Below are positions 60,601 through 64,000 of a DNA stretch of 64,000 nt, one piece after another. Every line of letters starts with the position of its first letter. Within the stretch, counting starts at the first letter, position 1. The notes under the pieces were generated by a model. It was not told the DNA's origin and did no database searches. It saw nothing but the letters and a program-made list of their open reading frames with translations. The translations under genes and the position numbers were made by a program. The stretch comes from Amoebophrya sp. A120 (lineage: Eukaryota; Protista; Dinoflagellata): the NCBI GenBank assembly GCA_905178155.1, contig CAJINV010000009.1, positions 1,237,907 to 1,301,906 of the forward strand, given 5' to 3'.

Positions 60601-63600
60601 TGAGTCTTCACATCAAAAGTCATAGGCTTAGATCTTAAAGTTGCCAAGATATCTGCAAGCAAACCAACAAGACTGCGCAGGGAAGGAAGCAAACGCGGGA
60701 GCAGGCTGAGGCCCGTCAGGCTATAACAAACCATGGCGAACATCTTCGATCGATCGGAAATACGGCGGCAGCTACTCCGGTAAAAAGCCGCTCACAATCT
60801 TCTTTCATTCATATATAGAAAGCAAAATCCCCAAAGGAAGTTTGAATAGAGCGCGTATACATTATGACTATATCACAAAGAGACCTGTCGGCAGGACTTC
60901 TAAAAAAAAAACCAACCGGACACGTCGACCCTAAATCTGCCAAGATCTATGACCAGTGCAGCGCTGACGTCGGAAGCAGTGCGACATCTGGCCGCACCGC
61001 AGAAAATGCTGCGTCGATGGCGTCCGTATAGTCTTCCGAGATTCCCACGACTTCGTCCAGAAAAAATTTCGCCCGATGCCACGAAATCAGCCACCAGTCC
61101 CCAGTCGCCAGGCGAACACGATGGCGCTCGCTTTCCTTCTGGCGCTTCGGCTTCTGCGAGGTGAAAAACCACGACACAATGTGGCCACTGGCGGCCTTCG
61201 AATCCCCGGCCCAAATGTACTCCGCCGCAACCCCCCTAGCGTTCGGCTCCCTGTGCTCCTTCTGCGCACCCGTGCGCCGGTGGTAAATGACATCCCGGCG
61301 AATTGGCGCAAATCGGCCGCGCTCGCCCGAACCATGCTCCTCCTTCGACATTGTGTGCGTGGCGGCTAAGTATCTGAATGTCTTCAAGAAACTAGAAAAT
61401 AAAAGCGTAGCAGGAAAAAGAGACAGCTTGCTGGAGGAAAAAAATAAAAGTGCTGGCGGCGATCATAGATCTAAACTAATGCACGAAGATGACAACAGAG
61501 GCGCACTGACAACCAACGCTCTGAGTGCAGTCTGCATGGGTGAGACGGAAATAGGTGGTCGCTGTTTGGAAATAGGATGCGCATGGCCGAGGGCATGCGA
61601 TATATAAGACAAGACTTTCATCATGAGCGGCCTACGCGCCTACCGCGGCTGTTTTCCGCTCTCCGGCAATCTACGGCCTAAAACGATCCACGGCTCGACG
61701 ATTCAAGTGCGGGCCACTAGCGCAGCCAATTTAAGAACGTAATCAAGTCAATACTCCAAGCCTACGGCGGAGATCCAAGCGCCTGCTAAGTACCTAGAGC
61801 GATCGGGCATGGGGCTAAGGCGTTCGACTTCTATCTTCTTTCAAAAGAGGGCTCGGCCTGATGCAAGTATGCGCCGTCCCCCTAGCGGGAGCAGGTGGCG
61901 GCGCGCATGCATGTTCACGCGGAATCTGCCCGAGGTGTGTCCCCTGCCAGGCATGATTTACCGCCCCGCGCGTCGTGCGCTCGGGTCGCGGTGTCAATCG
62001 CTTCCAGATCAGATGCCGTTTGCAGTTTATGCCAAGTTACGTCGCGCTGCCCCGTGCGCTGCTTCCCCGCCCCAGACTGTGAACTCTGTGAAAATTGCTC
62101 TTTCTAGCGCAAGTTTGCGATGTCAAACCGAGCGGGCGAAGCTATTCGAGTCTCGTACTAGTGCTATAGCTATTAGCTCCACACCGGCCAATATAGTGGC
62201 ATTAGTGTTCTAACGGTAACAATTTCAATTATGGAAACTTAATACGAACCTGCCCCCTGCTGTCCGTGGCACCGTAGCAGAGCCGGGCTCATGTACAGTG
62301 AAATCTCCGAAAATGCCGTATATGTCTGCAAGGCAAATGGCTCTGCGAGGTCGTCCGAAGAAACTCGCGTCGCAACCCTCTGCCCTAAAATCACCGAATA
62401 AAACGGAAATTTCAGATTCTGGTCCTGCGCTGTCCCACTTGTTCTCTCAAGAAGATAGCCTGCCGATCCGTCGACATCGTGCTTGTCCACAATCGATGCA
62501 CGAGAAAAATCAAAAAGACGTGGCGCCGTCCAGTCAACTTTAACCTCCGCTGCCGCTGGTGTCGTTTCTGCATCAGTCGTCTTGGTTGCAGAGGTAAAGC
62601 CGATATTATGCGGTGCCCATTCATTGAACACCACACCAGCCGACATCAGGCTCTTCGCACACAACGCGAGGGCATTCATCAGGTTGCTTCCTGTCTTGAC
62701 TGCCTCGGTCGCAGAAGGATACCTTGATGCTTCAAACAGATTCTCGTTCTCCACGAAAACCTGAATCAGTATCTTTCGCGAATGGTTCTCATAGCTCACA
62801 CCAACATGGTGCAAGTTTGCAACGCAATCGATCGGCGAGGACAAAAAGTGAACCAGAGCAACCTCGGCAGCGCTCGCTAAACACCGCACGTACTCAAGCT
62901 GGCCTTTCTCGGTCTCGCCGGACTCTGGTGCGCGGCACAGACGAGCGGTCCGGGGTGTGAAAGCAGGAGTACTTTGGTATATCGGAGCACCGATGTCCCA
63001 AATCTTTGTTTTGAGCAACTCGTACAGTTTTTCCGCAACGTTCGCTACACCAATATTGTTGCACTCTCGCAGATTCTCAGGCTTGCCCTTTAATTCATGC
63101 TCGCAAAAGCTCCGCGTCAGCTGCAGAAGCGTTTCGGGTGCTCCGCCAAAGGCCGGAGAGGATGTTGCTACCCGGGTGATTGCTTCTCCCATCAGATTAA
63201 GAAACTCCGTTTGAGCTGCTGCGGAAGGTGACGCAGGTTGATGCTCCTTCCCAGGATTCGCACCAGCCTTCTCCCCCAAGGTGCGAAGCTCGTCAAGATC
63301 AGAAATGGACACAAGTTGAGGGGCGAAGCCAGACGCTAGTATCTTGGCCATTATTCCCGAAATCCTCTCCGACATGTTTGCGTCTGCGAACGCAGTGGCA
63401 ATCGATTTTCCCAATGCTTCTGCTGTCCACTCCTCGGGCTTCCCAACATTCCCGCACATCTCGAGAGAGTAAATATCATTCGATTTCCCGGAATCAAATA
63501 ACCTTTGCAGCTTGACATTGATCTCAGCTTTATTTCCAAATAATAGTTCCAGCAGCGTCGCCACCATGCCGTACCAGTCCGACTTTGGGCCGTACAGGGT

Positions 63601-63942
63601 CTCCGCATGCTCAGGGTAAGGCTCTCGGCCGCTTGGACGACCTAAATTGTGTATTTCGGAGTGGGTTAGGAGCTCGCGGAGTGATTTGGCACTCTGTGTA
63701 AAACCTACTTTTCTGCAGAATGCGAGCGCTTGTACACCCTTATATGGGTCTTCTGATTCTTTTGCAAGCATTGAAAAGAAAAGCTTGCGAACCTGTTTCA
63801 TATTTGTTTCCGCTAGCTCCAGGTACATTTCCGTGGCACCGTAAAAGAGCAGGACTCGTGTAACGCGTTTCTGCCGGGAGAGTCTGAGGCGTCTGCAGCG
63901 CATGTGGATACGCTGCAGCTTTAGTGCGTACACGCGTCGCAA
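57693..63942 (-). CDS. Tandem divergent protein-kinase-like (pseudokinase) repeat protein; two paralogous large exons
   Basis: Both exons contain AETLY..KSDWYG (subdomain IX) and later LHSYGISYNEVSRATVGF / LMSAGVVFNEWAPHNIGF (degenerate VIb), DFG/DFS, and YTHP/YMSP (VIII). A phase-1 GT (62249) to AG (59186) splice joins VIII to IX. Confidence 0.65.
59780..59890 (+). repeat. 18-bp tandem repeat (about 5 copies)
   Basis: TTGAGTTCAGTTCAC(C/A/T).. units. Confidence 0.85.
60091..60645 (+). repeat. Higher-order tandem repeat (about 253-bp A-B dimer, about 2.2 copies) with four G-tract/hairpin modules
   Basis: Four copies of GGCGCAATATCATCA(C/T)ATCG(C/A)AAGGGCG(n)CGCG(n)CGAGGGCCCCCCGCAT, alternating CAGATCGGG and CAGATTGAG variants. 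Confidence 0.9.
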
Positions 63943-64000
63943 CTCTCTGGCCTAATACGACCGAAAAAAAAAAGACTTGTTTTGGTTGTAGCTGCCCGTC

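Overview
Eukaryotic, intron-containing DNA with about 12 protein-coding genes, all on the minus strand. Co-oriented genes, divergent proteins and non-canonical inverted-repeat introns fit a parasitic syndinian dinoflagellate such as Amoebophrya; that is inferred, not confirmed by a search. Genes from left to right: a 4-TM membrane protein, an RlmN-like radical SAM methyltransferase, an orphan multi-exon gene, a PAN/Apple-like surface protein, a CAP protein, an HtrA/Deg protease ending in -SKL, CTP synthase, a CNBD-containing GYG channel, a divergent SmB, two giant low-complexity proteins (one with IQ motifs, one coiled-coil with a Tudor-like domain), a J-domain exon and a tandem pseudokinase. 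The main hidden system is 12 MITE-like elements from several TIR families. They have TAT...ATA ends (one CAT...ATA), are flanked by 5-bp target duplications and sit inside coding sequence. Removing each element plus 5 nt restores the reading frame, so they behave as transposon-derived non-canonical introns (introners). One has grown to 2.9 kb through nested cargo. Also present: a TTAGGG-capped 1.28-kb TIR element, a foldback-like element flanked by a 36-bp duplication, and a G-rich higher-order repeat. No rRNA, tRNA or CRISPR features were recognised.
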